Below the pieces are notes generated by a model. That model had not been told where the DNA came from. It saw nothing but the letters and a program-made list of their open reading frames with translations, and ran no database searches. DNA of 63,992 nt, counting the filler, from an uncultured bacterium (lineage in GTDB: Bacteria > CAZSTA01), in assembly GCA_964609495.1 (NCBI GenBank). It is 4 parts of 4 records of this genome, joined end to end, with 100 filler letters (N's around TTAATTAATTAA, not from the genome) between each part and the next. Parts side by side here need not be neighbours in the genome. Positions count along the whole stretch, not along the records: positions 53,851 to 63,992 come from CAZSTA010000132.1; 3 more parts are not named here. One strand, written 5' to 3'. Each line of letters opens with the position of its first letter. Positions within the stretch are counted from its first letter, which is position 1. The position numbers and the translations under genes were made by a program. This document shows positions 55,342-63,901 of this stretch, one piece after another.

Positions 55342-56199
55342 ATGTCACTAGTAACAAGTAAAGAACTTTTGGAGAGAGCTAAAGAGGAAGGTTATGCGAT
55401 AGGAGCATTTAACGCTAATAACCTGGAGAATGTTCAAGCTGTGGTGGATGCTGCGGAGGAGGAAAAAGCCCCTGTTATCCTCCAGATCAGCCAAGGCGCT
55501 ATCAGATATGCTGGATTGGAACAGGCGGCCTCGATGGTGAAGATCGCGGCGGAGTTGGCTAGTGTTCCAGTGGTCTTACATCTGGATCATGGGACCGACT
55601 TCAATCAGAATGTTAGATGCTTAAGAGCTGGTTTTACCTCTCTGATGTATGATGGCTCAAAGACGCCCCTCGAGGATAACATAGCGGTTACCTCCAGGAT
55701 AGTGGAGATCGCTCACGCCTGTGATATCCCTGTAGAAGCAGAATTAGGTAGAGTCGCTGGCACCGAGGATAAATTTACTCCTGAGGAGATAGAAGATCTC
55801 AAAACCAAGCCTGACCAAGCCGCTGCTTTCGTGGAGAGAACTCAATGCGATTCCTTAGCTGTTGCGGTAGGGAGCGTCCACCGTATGAAGACTCGGGAGG
55901 CGGTTTTGGATATCGATCGGATCAAGGGAATTAAGAAGGAGGTTAATGTCCCTTTAGTCCTTCATGGATCTTCGGGGGTTTCTCTCGACAGCATCAAGGA
56001 GGGAGTAGCCGCTGGGATCTGCAAGGTGAACGTTGCTACTAGGATCAGCATGGCTTTCCTCGAAGGCATCAAGACCGCTTGGGATAAGAACCCCGATGAC
56101 TTCGATTTTAGAAAATTCTTCCGGGTAGGGAAGGCTAACGCCACCAAAGTAATAAGGAGTTATATTCAAATTCTCGGCTCTAGTGGTAAGGCTTTCTAG
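55342..56199 (+). CDS. fba: Class II fructose-bisphosphate aldolase
   Basis: GAFN, LHLDHG, MYDGS, VEAELG, LVLHGSSG, KVNVAT. Confidence 0.93.
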   Translation: MSLVTSKELLERAKEEGYAIGAFNANNLENVQAVVDAAEEEKAPVILQISQGAIRYAGLEQAASMVKIAAELASVPVVLHLDHGTDFNQNVRCLRAGFTSLMYDGSKTPLEDNIAVTSRIVEIAHACDIPVEAELGRVAGTEDKFTPEEIEDLKTKPDQAAAFVERTQCDSLAVAVGSVHRMKTREAVLDIDRIKGIKKEVNVPLVLHGSSGVSLDSIKEGVAAGICKVNVATRISMAFLEGIKTAWDKNPDDFDFRKFFRVGKANATKVIRSYIQILGSSGKAF

Positions 56200-56209
56200 T
56201 TTTCGGTTG

Positions 56210-56248
56210 CTCTTGACTGTCTGAGGTAACTCAGCAGTCAAGAGTTTA
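56210..56248 (+). terminator. Probable terminator hairpin after fba
   Basis: CTCTTGACTG-T-CTGAG-GTAA-CTCAG-CAGTCAAGAG-TTT. Confidence 0.6.
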
Positions 56249-56265
56249 TCCACAATAAATTAAAA

Positions 56266-56709
56266 GTGAAAGAAGTTAACAATTACGATGATTACAAGTT
56301 ATTAAGACCTTGGGATATAAGAGCTGAGGAACAACATCTGGTTCTGATCGATGAGAAAGATGAGGAAGAACACATATCTTGGAGCGAGATAAAACGGGCG
56401 TTGACTATTGGGGGAGAAGAAGAGAATAAAACCTTCATTTTCGTTGAGCGTGAGGGAGAGAAATTTTCTATCGAGCTTAACTACTACTATTATGAGAATT
56501 ATGAGATTTTAAGAGAGGAGATAAGGAAGCACATCGGTCATATCGAATGGGAATGGTTTTGGTTTCCCAAGGTCAGAGAGGAAGAAGATGATGTTCTAGG
56601 TAAATACATAAAGAGGTATCTAATTCCTATCATCATCTTCTTAGGAGTGATGATGTTGGGGCTGTGGATGTTAATAAATGTGATGAAAGGACTTTCCGAT
56701 CTGCGTTGA
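56266..56709 (+). CDS. Hypothetical protein with C-terminal TM helix
   Basis: 147-aa ORF, acidic N-terminal domain, one hydrophobic helix. Confidence 0.55.
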   Translation: MKEVNNYDDYKLLRPWDIRAEEQHLVLIDEKDEEEHISWSEIKRALTIGGEEENKTFIFVEREGEKFSIELNYYYYENYEILREEIRKHIGHIEWEWFWFPKVREEEDDVLGKYIKRYLIPIIIFLGVMMLGLWMLINVMKGLSDLR

Positions 56710-56746
56710 GGGGAAGATTCGCTCCGTCGCTTAAGGCTGGATGATA

Positions 56747-56778
56747 AAAGGCGAAGCGATGCGATATCACTTCGCCTT
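56747..56778 (-). terminator. Terminator downstream of tRNA-Leu
   Basis: Minus strand AAGGCGAAGTGAT...ATCGCTTCGCCTTTT. Confidence 0.65.
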
Positions 56779-56790
56779 CGAATTCAATTT

Positions 56791-56879
56791 TGGTGCCGAG
56801 AGTCGGAGTCGAACCGACATGGGCTGTAAGGCCCGGTGGATTTTGAGTCCACTGCGTCTACCAATTCCGCCATCCCGGC
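56791..56879 (-). tRNA. tRNA-Leu (anticodon CAA), CCA encoded
   Basis: GCCGGGA acceptor, TGGCGGAATTGGTAGACGC D-arm, GTGGA-CTCAAAA-TCCAC anticodon arm, long variable arm, GTTCGACTC T-loop, ACCA end. Confidence 0.97.
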
Positions 56880-56888
56880 TTTGATCAT

Positions 56889-56917
56889 ATTATATCGTAA
56901 CTTTCTGGTTTTGTCAA
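56889..56917 (-). promoter_or_regulatory. Consensus sigma70 promoter of tRNA-Leu
   Basis: TTGACA-N17-TATAAT on the minus strand, 9 nt upstream of the tRNA. Confidence 0.85.
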
Positions 56918-56956
56918 GAGGTTTTTTATCTTAAATTTCAGTGGAATATATGAGTC

Positions 56957-57340
56957 GTGAACAGAGAGGCAGATTGGATAAGTGAAGCTCTAAGTGAGTA
57001 TAAAGCGGCTGAAGTCCTCTTTAAGGCAGGTTATTATTCTTGGTGCTGTTTCACTTGTCAGCAGAGTGCTGAGAAGGAGCTAAAGGCGATACTGGAGCAT
57101 TTTCACAATCCAAGAATTGGGCGCAATTTAGTATCCTTAGTCGAAGAGGTAGAAAAATATAACTCTGTTCCAGCTTCCCTATCTCAGGCTTGTTATGTCT
57201 TAAACAGATATTATGTAGCTACTCGCTATCCAGATGCCTTCACAAGTGGTGCTCCAAAGGATATGTTCTCTGAACTAGATGCGGAAGCAGCTTTAAGATA
57301 TGCGAAGGAGATAATCGAATTCGCCAAGAATATCTTATGA
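56957..57340 (+). CDS. HEPN domain protein
   Basis: W...A...AA..L...G.YSW.CF.CQQSAEK.LKA, LNRYY..TRYPDA. Confidence 0.88.
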   Translation: MNREADWISEALSEYKAAEVLFKAGYYSWCCFTCQQSAEKELKAILEHFHNPRIGRNLVSLVEEVEKYNSVPASLSQACYVLNRYYVATRYPDAFTSGAPKDMFSELDAEAALRYAKEIIEFAKNIL

Positions 57341-57789
57341 TAAGCGATATTACTTGCCTCCAACAGTTGAAGGACAGACCTCATATCTCCTCTCTGAGAA
57401 CCTATCTTTCCTCTCTGGAAGAGTTGAAAGGAGAGTTAGTGGCTTGCGTGATTCTATTTGGTTCGATGGCTAGAGATAATTATTCTTACGATAGCGATTA
57501 TGACTTGCTCATTATCTTAAAAGATAAGACTGACCAGCGTTTTATCGATAGAATTTATGATTACTCGCTCCTCTCCGAAGATGGTTGGGTGGAGCCTTTA
57601 GTATATACTAAAGAGGAGATCGAAAAAATGTTCAGGGATTTCAATCCTCTTATACTTGATGGACTGAAAGATGGGAAAGTTCTGAAAGATGATGACAACT
57701 TTTGGAGGGGATTGAAGGACAGATTTTCAAAGCTAATGGGGGATAAGATCATCGAACCCGAACATCAGGGATGGAAGATAAATATTTAA
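57337..57789 (+). CDS. Minimal nucleotidyltransferase (MNT), partner of HEPN
   Basis: ILFGSMAR.....SDYDLLII, EPLVYT.EE; ATGA overlap with HEPN. Confidence 0.88.
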   Translation: MISDITCLQQLKDRPHISSLRTYLSSLEELKGELVACVILFGSMARDNYSYDSDYDLLIILKDKTDQRFIDRIYDYSLLSEDGWVEPLVYTKEEIEKMFRDFNPLILDGLKDGKVLKDDDNFWRGLKDRFSKLMGDKIIEPEHQGWKINI

Positions 57790-57886
57790 ATTTTTAAAGG
57801 AGGTGATTATTGGGAAAGCAAAGGTGATTCGTATAGAAGAAGATTAGAGGAATTTCAACAATTAAATTGACAAGGGGGTATCTTAA

Positions 57887-59458
57887 TTGAAGAAAGTATT
57901 ATTTATCCTAACTCTAGTAGTAGGTCTTAGCCTTCTGCTATCGTCGGCTTTTGCCGAAGAACCAAAGTATGGCGGGACCTTGGTCTTCGCTCGAGGCGGA
58001 GACTCGGTGAGATTAGATCCTGCCGATATAACCGATGGAGAATCAGTCAAAGCCTGTAACAATATCTATGACACTTTAGTCAAGTATAAAGAGGAAAGTA
58101 CTGAGGTAGAACCCTCTTTGGCTACTTCCTGGGAGACCTCTGAGGATGGCACAACCTGGATTTTCCATCTCCGGGAGGGAGTCAAATTCCACGACGGGAC
58201 TCCCTTTAACGCTGAGGCTGTGGTGATCTCCTTAGAGAGACAGCTTAAGGAGGATCATCCCTATCATTTCGAGGGTTCTGATTTCGCTTATTGGGGCTAT
58301 ATGTACCCCGATGTGGAGAGCGTTTCTGCTGTGGACGATATGACGGTCAAAATTACTTTGAAGGGTCCAAATGCTTCCTTCCTATCCAATATGGCCATGT
58401 TCCCGGTGTCGATCGTCAGTCCGGCCGCTTTGGAGAAGTATGGAATAGATATAGGGACTCACCCAGTTGGAACTGGTGCCTTCAAGTTCGTGGAGTGGAT
58501 CAGGGATGATCGTATTGTCCTAGAAGCCAATGAGGATTATTGGGCTGGACGTCCTTATCTCGATAAGCTTATCATCAAGTCGATCCCTGACAATACGGTG
58601 CGTTGGCTGGAGCTGAGAACTGGCTCTGTCGATTGTATAGATGGGATCAACCCCGATGATATCGCCTATATCCAGAGGGATGCCAACCTAGAATTACTCC
58701 AGCAACCAGGGATGAACGTTGGCTACTTAGCGATGAACTTCGATATGCCTCCCTTCGAGAACAAGTTGGTTCGCAAGGCTGTTAACCACGCGGTCAATAA
58801 AAAAGCTTTGATCGATGCTCTCTATCAGGGATTCGCTATCCCTGCTAAGAATCCTATGCCTCCTGTCCTATGGGGCTACAACGATAATATTCAAGACTAT
58901 GAGTATGATCCTGATAAGGCTAGGGAATTATTAGCCGAGGCTGGTTTCCCCGATGGGTTCGATACGACTCTCTGGGCGATGCCCGTTCCTCGTCCCTATA
59001 TGCCCCAGCCGATGAAGATCGCCGAGGTTATTCAAGCTGATCTGAAGAAGGTCGGCATCAATGCTAGGATAGTTACCTATGAATGGGGAACTTATCTGGA
59101 GAAGACTGAGAATGGAGAGCATGATATGTGCTTGTTAGGATGGATCGGTGATAATGGCGATCCCGATAACTTCATCTATGTTCTTCTCGATAAGGATAAC
59201 GCTGTTAAGGGGACCGCTGGTAACGTATCTTTCTACCGTAGTGATGAGTTGCATGATGTTCTAATTAAGGCTATCCGAACTTTCGATCAAGCGGAGAGAG
59301 CTAAACTTTATATGAAAGCTCAGGAGATAGTCCATGAAGACGCTCCTTGGGTTCCTTTAGCTCATGCTACGAACGTCGCCGCGGTTAAGAAGACTGTTCG
59401 CAACCTCCATCTCCATCCAACCGGCAACTGGTGGTTCAATGAGGTTTGGATCAAGTAA
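57887..59458 (+). CDS. dppA: Dipeptide ABC transporter substrate-binding protein (family 5)
   Basis: PSLATSW, LREGVKFHDG, PVGTG.FKF, AMPVPRPYMP, GWIGDNGDPDNF. Confidence 0.9.
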   Translation: MKKVLFILTLVVGLSLLLSSAFAEEPKYGGTLVFARGGDSVRLDPADITDGESVKACNNIYDTLVKYKEESTEVEPSLATSWETSEDGTTWIFHLREGVKFHDGTPFNAEAVVISLERQLKEDHPYHFEGSDFAYWGYMYPDVESVSAVDDMTVKITLKGPNASFLSNMAMFPVSIVSPAALEKYGIDIGTHPVGTGAFKFVEWIRDDRIVLEANEDYWAGRPYLDKLIIKSIPDNTVRWLELRTGSVDCIDGINPDDIAYIQRDANLELLQQPGMNVGYLAMNFDMPPFENKLVRKAVNHAVNKKALIDALYQGFAIPAKNPMPPVLWGYNDNIQDYEYDPDKARELLAEAGFPDGFDTTLWAMPVPRPYMPQPMKIAEVIQADLKKVGINARIVTYEWGTYLEKTENGEHDMCLLGWIGDNGDPDNFIYVLLDKDNAVKGTAGNVSFYRSDELHDVLIKAIRTFDQAERAKLYMKAQEIVHEDAPWVPLAHATNVAAVKKTVRNLHLHPTGNWWFNEVWIK

Positions 59459-59483
59459 GTGATAACTTATCTTCACTGAGAAT

Positions 59484-59591
59484 TTATCTCACCCAGCCCC
59501 TCTCCGGGCTTGAGAGGGAGAAGGTAACTTTTTTAATCTTGAGTTCTATTTGAAGCAAAAAGTTGCCTTTTAGAGGGGTTGGGTGAGGTAA
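59484..59591. repeat. REP-like repeat carrying a 45-bp MITE-like insert (59523-59567)
   Basis: TTATCTCACCCAGCCCCTCT...AGAGGGGTTGGGTGAGGTAA enclosing GGTAACTTTTTT...AAAAAGTTGCC. Confidence 0.75.
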
Positions 59592-59625
59592 CCTTCCGAA
59601 TCTCCTATTAGGAGGAAATCCGAAT

Positions 59626-60630
59626 TTGACGCAATATGTATTGAGAAGATTTATGATGGTTCCCATAGTATTGGTAGGGGTATCTATACTAGTTTTCCTG
59701 ATGATTCACCTAACTCCAGGGGATCCAGCCAGAGTTATCCTGGGGGAAAGAGCCACCCCCGAGGCGATGGCTAGATTAAGGGAACGATTAGGGCTGAACG
59801 ATCCTTGGTATATCCAGTATTGGCGATTCGCCTCGAATATACTAAGAGGGAATCTCGGACGATCTATAAAGACGAACGAGTCGGTCTCTGTTGAGATAAA
59901 AGCTAGATTCCCCGCTACGATAGAGTTGGCTATAGCCAGCATAATCTTCGCCAGCTTAGTGGGGGTTACCGCAGGAATATTATCGGCTACCAAGCAGTAC
60001 TCATTATTTGATTATATAAGTATGTTAGTGGCCTTGATCGGAGTATCGATGCCCATCTTCTGGTTAGGACTTATGCTCATTCTTAACTTCTCGGTGAAGA
60101 GAATGTGGTTCCCCATATCGGGGCGAATAGGCATAAGCATAGATCTTAACATTATTACCAACTTTTATATCCTAGATAGCCTACTTACGAGAAACTTCGC
60201 GGCGCTAAAGGATGTTCTGCATCATCTAGTTCTTCCTGCCGTTGCTCTGGGAACTATCCCTATGGCGATCATCGCTCGTATGACCAGATCGAGCCTCCTT
60301 GAAGTTTTAAGACAGGATTATATAAAGACCGCTCGAGCTAAGGGATTGCGGGAGAGAGTAGTTATCAATAAGCACGCTCTTAAAAACGCCTTGATCCCCG
60401 TGGTGACGATAATCGGGCTCCAGTTCGGGTATCTTTTGGGGGGAGCGATCTTGACCGAGACGATCTTTGCTTGGCCGGGGATAGGTTATTGGTTATATCA
60501 ATCGGTGAGCTTCCGAGACTTCCCAGCGGTGCAGGGGGGAGTCTTATTGGTGGCTTTCAGCTTTGTCCTGATAAATATTATAGTTGATATATCTTATGCA
60601 TTCTTAGACCCGAGGATCAGATATGATTAA
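59626..60630 (+). CDS. dppB: Dipeptide ABC transporter permease B
   Basis: PGDPA, RFPATIELA, SMPIFWLG, DYIKTARAKGL, ETIFAWPG. Confidence 0.92.
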   Translation: MTQYVLRRFMMVPIVLVGVSILVFLMIHLTPGDPARVILGERATPEAMARLRERLGLNDPWYIQYWRFASNILRGNLGRSIKTNESVSVEIKARFPATIELAIASIIFASLVGVTAGILSATKQYSLFDYISMLVALIGVSMPIFWLGLMLILNFSVKRMWFPISGRIGISIDLNIITNFYILDSLLTRNFAALKDVLHHLVLPAVALGTIPMAIIARMTRSSLLEVLRQDYIKTARAKGLRERVVINKHALKNALIPVVTIIGLQFGYLLGGAILTETIFAWPGIGYWLYQSVSFRDFPAVQGGVLLVAFSFVLINIIVDISYAFLDPRIRYD

Positions 60631-61513
60631 AGAGGAAACCATCACCGCAGAAAAAGAGGTCATTGGGAGAACGAGTTTATATCGAGATGCTTGGCGGAGA
60701 TTAAGGAGAAATAAGTTGGCTATGTTAGGAGGGATTATAATTCTTGCCTTTATTTTATGTGCAATATCTGCTCCCCTCCTAGCCCCTTATGATCCTTATG
60801 AACAAGATTTATATAAACGCCTTAAGCCACCTGGCTCAGAGAATCTCCTTGGGACCGATGATTTCGGACGCGATCTATTGAGCAGGATCATCTATGGCTC
60901 TCGTCTCTCGCTGATGATCGGTGTTATCTCGGTGAGCATAGCTCTGACCGTCGGCGTTACTCTAGGACTTATCTCAGGATACTATGGGGGAGCAATAGAT
61001 TCCTTGATTATGAGAATTATGGATATAATGCTCGCCTTTCCAGCGATACTATTGGCGATCGCGATCGTAGCTACTTGGGGGCGTCCAGGATTAGCCAAAG
61101 CAATGGTCGCGGTGGGAATCGTGGCTATTCCTCCTTATGCTCGTTTAGTTCGTAGCTCTGTTCTCTCCGTTAAGGAGAAGGAATACATAGAGGCGGTTAG
61201 ATCTTTAGGGGCTAAGGATCTGCGAATCATCCTCCTCTCCGTTCTTCCCAACTGCTTTGCGCCTATAATCGTCCAAGCTACTTTAGGGATCGCTAGTGCC
61301 ATTCTAGATGCGGCTGGTCTAAGCTTTTTAGGTCTTGGGGCTCAACCTCCGATACCAGAGTGGGGAGCTATGTTAAATGGAGGAAGAACTTTAATTATAA
61401 AAGCAGGCTGGGTAGTTACTTATCCAGGAATAGCTATAGTTCTTGCTGTGCTTGGCTTCAATCTATTCGGAGATGGCCTTCGCGATGCCCTAGATCCAAG
61501 GTTGAAATATTAG
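60623..61513 (+). CDS. dppC: Dipeptide ABC transporter permease C
   Basis: LGTDDFGRDLLSRIIYG, EYIEAVRSLGA, LSFLGLG.QPP.PEWG, GDGLRDALDP. Confidence 0.92.
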   Translation: MIKEETITAEKEVIGRTSLYRDAWRRLRRNKLAMLGGIIILAFILCAISAPLLAPYDPYEQDLYKRLKPPGSENLLGTDDFGRDLLSRIIYGSRLSLMIGVISVSIALTVGVTLGLISGYYGGAIDSLIMRIMDIMLAFPAILLAIAIVATWGRPGLAKAMVAVGIVAIPPYARLVRSSVLSVKEKEYIEAVRSLGAKDLRIILLSVLPNCFAPIIVQATLGIASAILDAAGLSFLGLGAQPPIPEWGAMLNGGRTLIIKAGWVVTYPGIAIVLAVLGFNLFGDGLRDALDPRLKY

Positions 61514-61534
61514 CTGTTAATGGGAGCGTCGTAA

Positions 61535-62773
61535 ATGTTACAGACAAATATTATCTATTGCGGTGATAATATCAAAAAGCTGAAAGAGATACCAGATGAG
61601 AGTATAGACTTTATTTATATAGATCCCCCTTTTAACTCTAATCGCAACTATGAGATTTTTTGGGGAGATACAAAGGAAAAGCGAGCTTTCGAGGATAGAT
61701 TCGGTGATGCTATTCATTACATTAATTGGATGAGACCAAGAGTTATGGAGCTTTATCGCGTGCTAAAAAAATCGGGAAGTTTCTACTATCACTGCGATTG
61801 GCATGCTAGTCATTACGTTAAGATATTATTAGATGAGATATTTGGATATAATAATTTTCAAAATGAGATTATTTGGTGCTATAAAACAGGAGGGGCTACC
61901 AAAAGGCGTTTTGGTAGAAAACACGATACGATATTCTTCTACACAGAAACCTCAGGGTATATCTTTAATCCTCAGAAAGAAAAATCTTATATGATGCACG
62001 AATATGGATTTAAAAAGAGTGATTTTCAAAAGGATGAACACGGACAGTATTCTTGGGTTATAGCAAAAGATTGGTGGGAGATACCAGCTATAGGCTCGGC
62101 AACTAAAGAACGATTAGGCTACCCGACCCAAAAACCGGAAAAGTTATTAACCAAAATTATAAAAGCAAGTAGTAACGAAGGAGATGTAGTATTAGACGCT
62201 TTTTGTGGTTGTGGGACCACTATCGCAGTAGCTCATAGATTAAAAAGAAGATGGATAGGGATTGACATATCTCCAACCGCTTGTCGTGTTATAGCAAAAC
62301 GCCTTAGAGATAGTTTGGGATTAAAAGAAGGGGAAGCTTTCTGGATAAGAGATTTACCAAAGACTGAGGAGGAGTTAAGAAAATATCCACCCTTCGAGTT
62401 CCAAAATTGGGCTGTTAATGCTTTAGGTGGTATTCCAAGTAGGAGAAGGGTTGGAGATATGGGTATAGACGGTAGGATTTATCCAGTTGAGGATGTCCAA
62501 AGAGAGAAGAGGGAAGAGAGGGATTTATTTGGTGAGATAGATAGATATTTCCCAGTTCAAGTAAAACAACAAGACAAGGTTGGACGACCAGCTATAGACA
62601 GTTTTGAAACAGCGATGAGACGTGATAAACGTAATAAGGGATTTTTCGTAGTCTTTAGCTTTACAAAGGGGGCACTTAGAGAAATAAAGAGAGTAATGAG
62701 GAAAGAGGGATTAGAAATAATACCTATTACAGTGAGAGAGATTCTAGATGAGGAACTAAATAATAAGATATAA
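61535..62773 (+). CDS. Beta-class N6A/N4C DNA methyltransferase fused to an Mrr-like endonuclease domain
   Basis: DPPF before FCGCGTT; GYPTQKP; C-terminal FEFQNW...GDMGIDG...VQVKQ. Confidence 0.88.
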   Translation: MLQTNIIYCGDNIKKLKEIPDESIDFIYIDPPFNSNRNYEIFWGDTKEKRAFEDRFGDAIHYINWMRPRVMELYRVLKKSGSFYYHCDWHASHYVKILLDEIFGYNNFQNEIIWCYKTGGATKRRFGRKHDTIFFYTETSGYIFNPQKEKSYMMHEYGFKKSDFQKDEHGQYSWVIAKDWWEIPAIGSATKERLGYPTQKPEKLLTKIIKASSNEGDVVLDAFCGCGTTIAVAHRLKRRWIGIDISPTACRVIAKRLRDSLGLKEGEAFWIRDLPKTEEELRKYPPFEFQNWAVNALGGIPSRRRVGDMGIDGRIYPVEDVQREKREERDLFGEIDRYFPVQVKQQDKVGRPAIDSFETAMRRDKRNKGFFVVFSFTKGALREIKRVMRKEGLEIIPITVREILDEELNNKI

Positions 62774-62862
62774 TAAATATAAACTGCTTATCTTCCCTTT
62801 AAGGGGAATGATTTTTCATCTTCGACTTTCAAATTTCCAAACCACAAATGGAGGTATGAAAA

Positions 62863-63420
62863 TTGGCAGTTTCAACGTCTGACTTCAGAACAGGTATGGT
62901 TATACGAGTGGATGGAGAGTGGCATTCCATCGTTGAATATCAACACGTTAAGCCGGGGAAGGGCTCGGCTTTCATGCGCACCAAATTGAGGAATATAAAT
63001 ACTTCTGCGACGATCGATAAAACCTTTCGCACTGATGAGAAATTCGAGCGAGCTATAGTCGAACGTAAGCCAATGCATTATCTATATTCGGATGATTTCT
63101 ACCATTTTATGGATACAGAGACTTATGAGAATATCGCTCTAAACGATCTGCAATTAGGGGATGCTCGCCTTTACATAAAGGAGAATATGACAATAGATGT
63201 CGTTTTCTGTGATGGCTTGCCGATAGGGGTGGAATTACCTGCCGCGGTTGAATTGAAGGTGATACGGACTGAGCCAGGGGTTAGAGGAGATACGGTTTCT
63301 GGCGGATCTAAGCCGGCCACTCTGGAGACGAATACAGTGGTGCAAGTGCCTCTCTTTATAGGAGAGGGAGATATTGTAAAGATCGATACGCGGACAGGTG
63401 AATATCTAGGAAGAGCCTAA
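62863..63420 (+). CDS. efp: Translation elongation factor P
   Basis: HVKPGKGSAF, PGVRGDT, KPATLET, VPLFI, DTRTGEY. Confidence 0.97.
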   Translation: MAVSTSDFRTGMVIRVDGEWHSIVEYQHVKPGKGSAFMRTKLRNINTSATIDKTFRTDEKFERAIVERKPMHYLYSDDFYHFMDTETYENIALNDLQLGDARLYIKENMTIDVVFCDGLPIGVELPAAVELKVIRTEPGVRGDTVSGGSKPATLETNTVVQVPLFIGEGDIVKIDTRTGEYLGRA

Positions 63421-63430
63421 GAGGATTGTT

Positions 63431-63901
63431 ATGAATTTAGAGGAGATAAAGGAATTAATTAGAATATTTGAACAGGCGGCGATCACAGAACTCGAGATCG
63501 AGGAGAGGAACTTCAGGGTAAAGTTGAGTAAGCAATATTCCCTTGTCCCTTCTTCTCAACCTTTTCCGTCTCAGGCAGGAGAAGTCCCCATTACTCAGAT
63601 AAGTAGAGAGCAGATCGCAGTTGAGACTGATAAAGAGATAAGCGCTGTCCCGGAGGAAAATTATATTACTATCACCGCTCCGATGGTTGGCACTTGTTAT
63701 CTATCTCCAGCCCCCGGAGAACCTCCCTTCGTTGAGGAGGGAGATGTGCTGGAGGTGGAGCAGACCGCCTGTATCATCGAGGCGATGAAGTTGATGAACG
63801 AGAGCGAAACTGAGGTGGCAGGTCGAGTGGTCAAGGTTCTCGTCGAGGATGCCACCCCGGTGGAATATGGTCAAGCTCTATTCTGGATCGAGCCTATTTA
63901 A
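63431..63901 (+). CDS. accB: Biotin carboxyl carrier protein of acetyl-CoA carboxylase
   Basis: APMVGT.Y.SPAP, IIEAMKLMNE, PVEYGQ.LF; follows efp. Confidence 0.93.
   Translation: MNLEEIKELIRIFEQAAITELEIEERNFRVKLSKQYSLVPSSQPFPSQAGEVPITQISREQIAVETDKEISAVPEENYITITAPMVGTCYLSPAPGEPPFVEEGDVLEVEQTACIIEAMKLMNESETEVAGRVVKVLVEDATPVEYGQALFWIEPI

Noticed and set aside
56791-57800. Integrative element at tRNA-Leu
   Set aside because: No integrase and no duplicated tRNA 3' end seen; HEPN-MNT lies on the 5' side of the tRNA.
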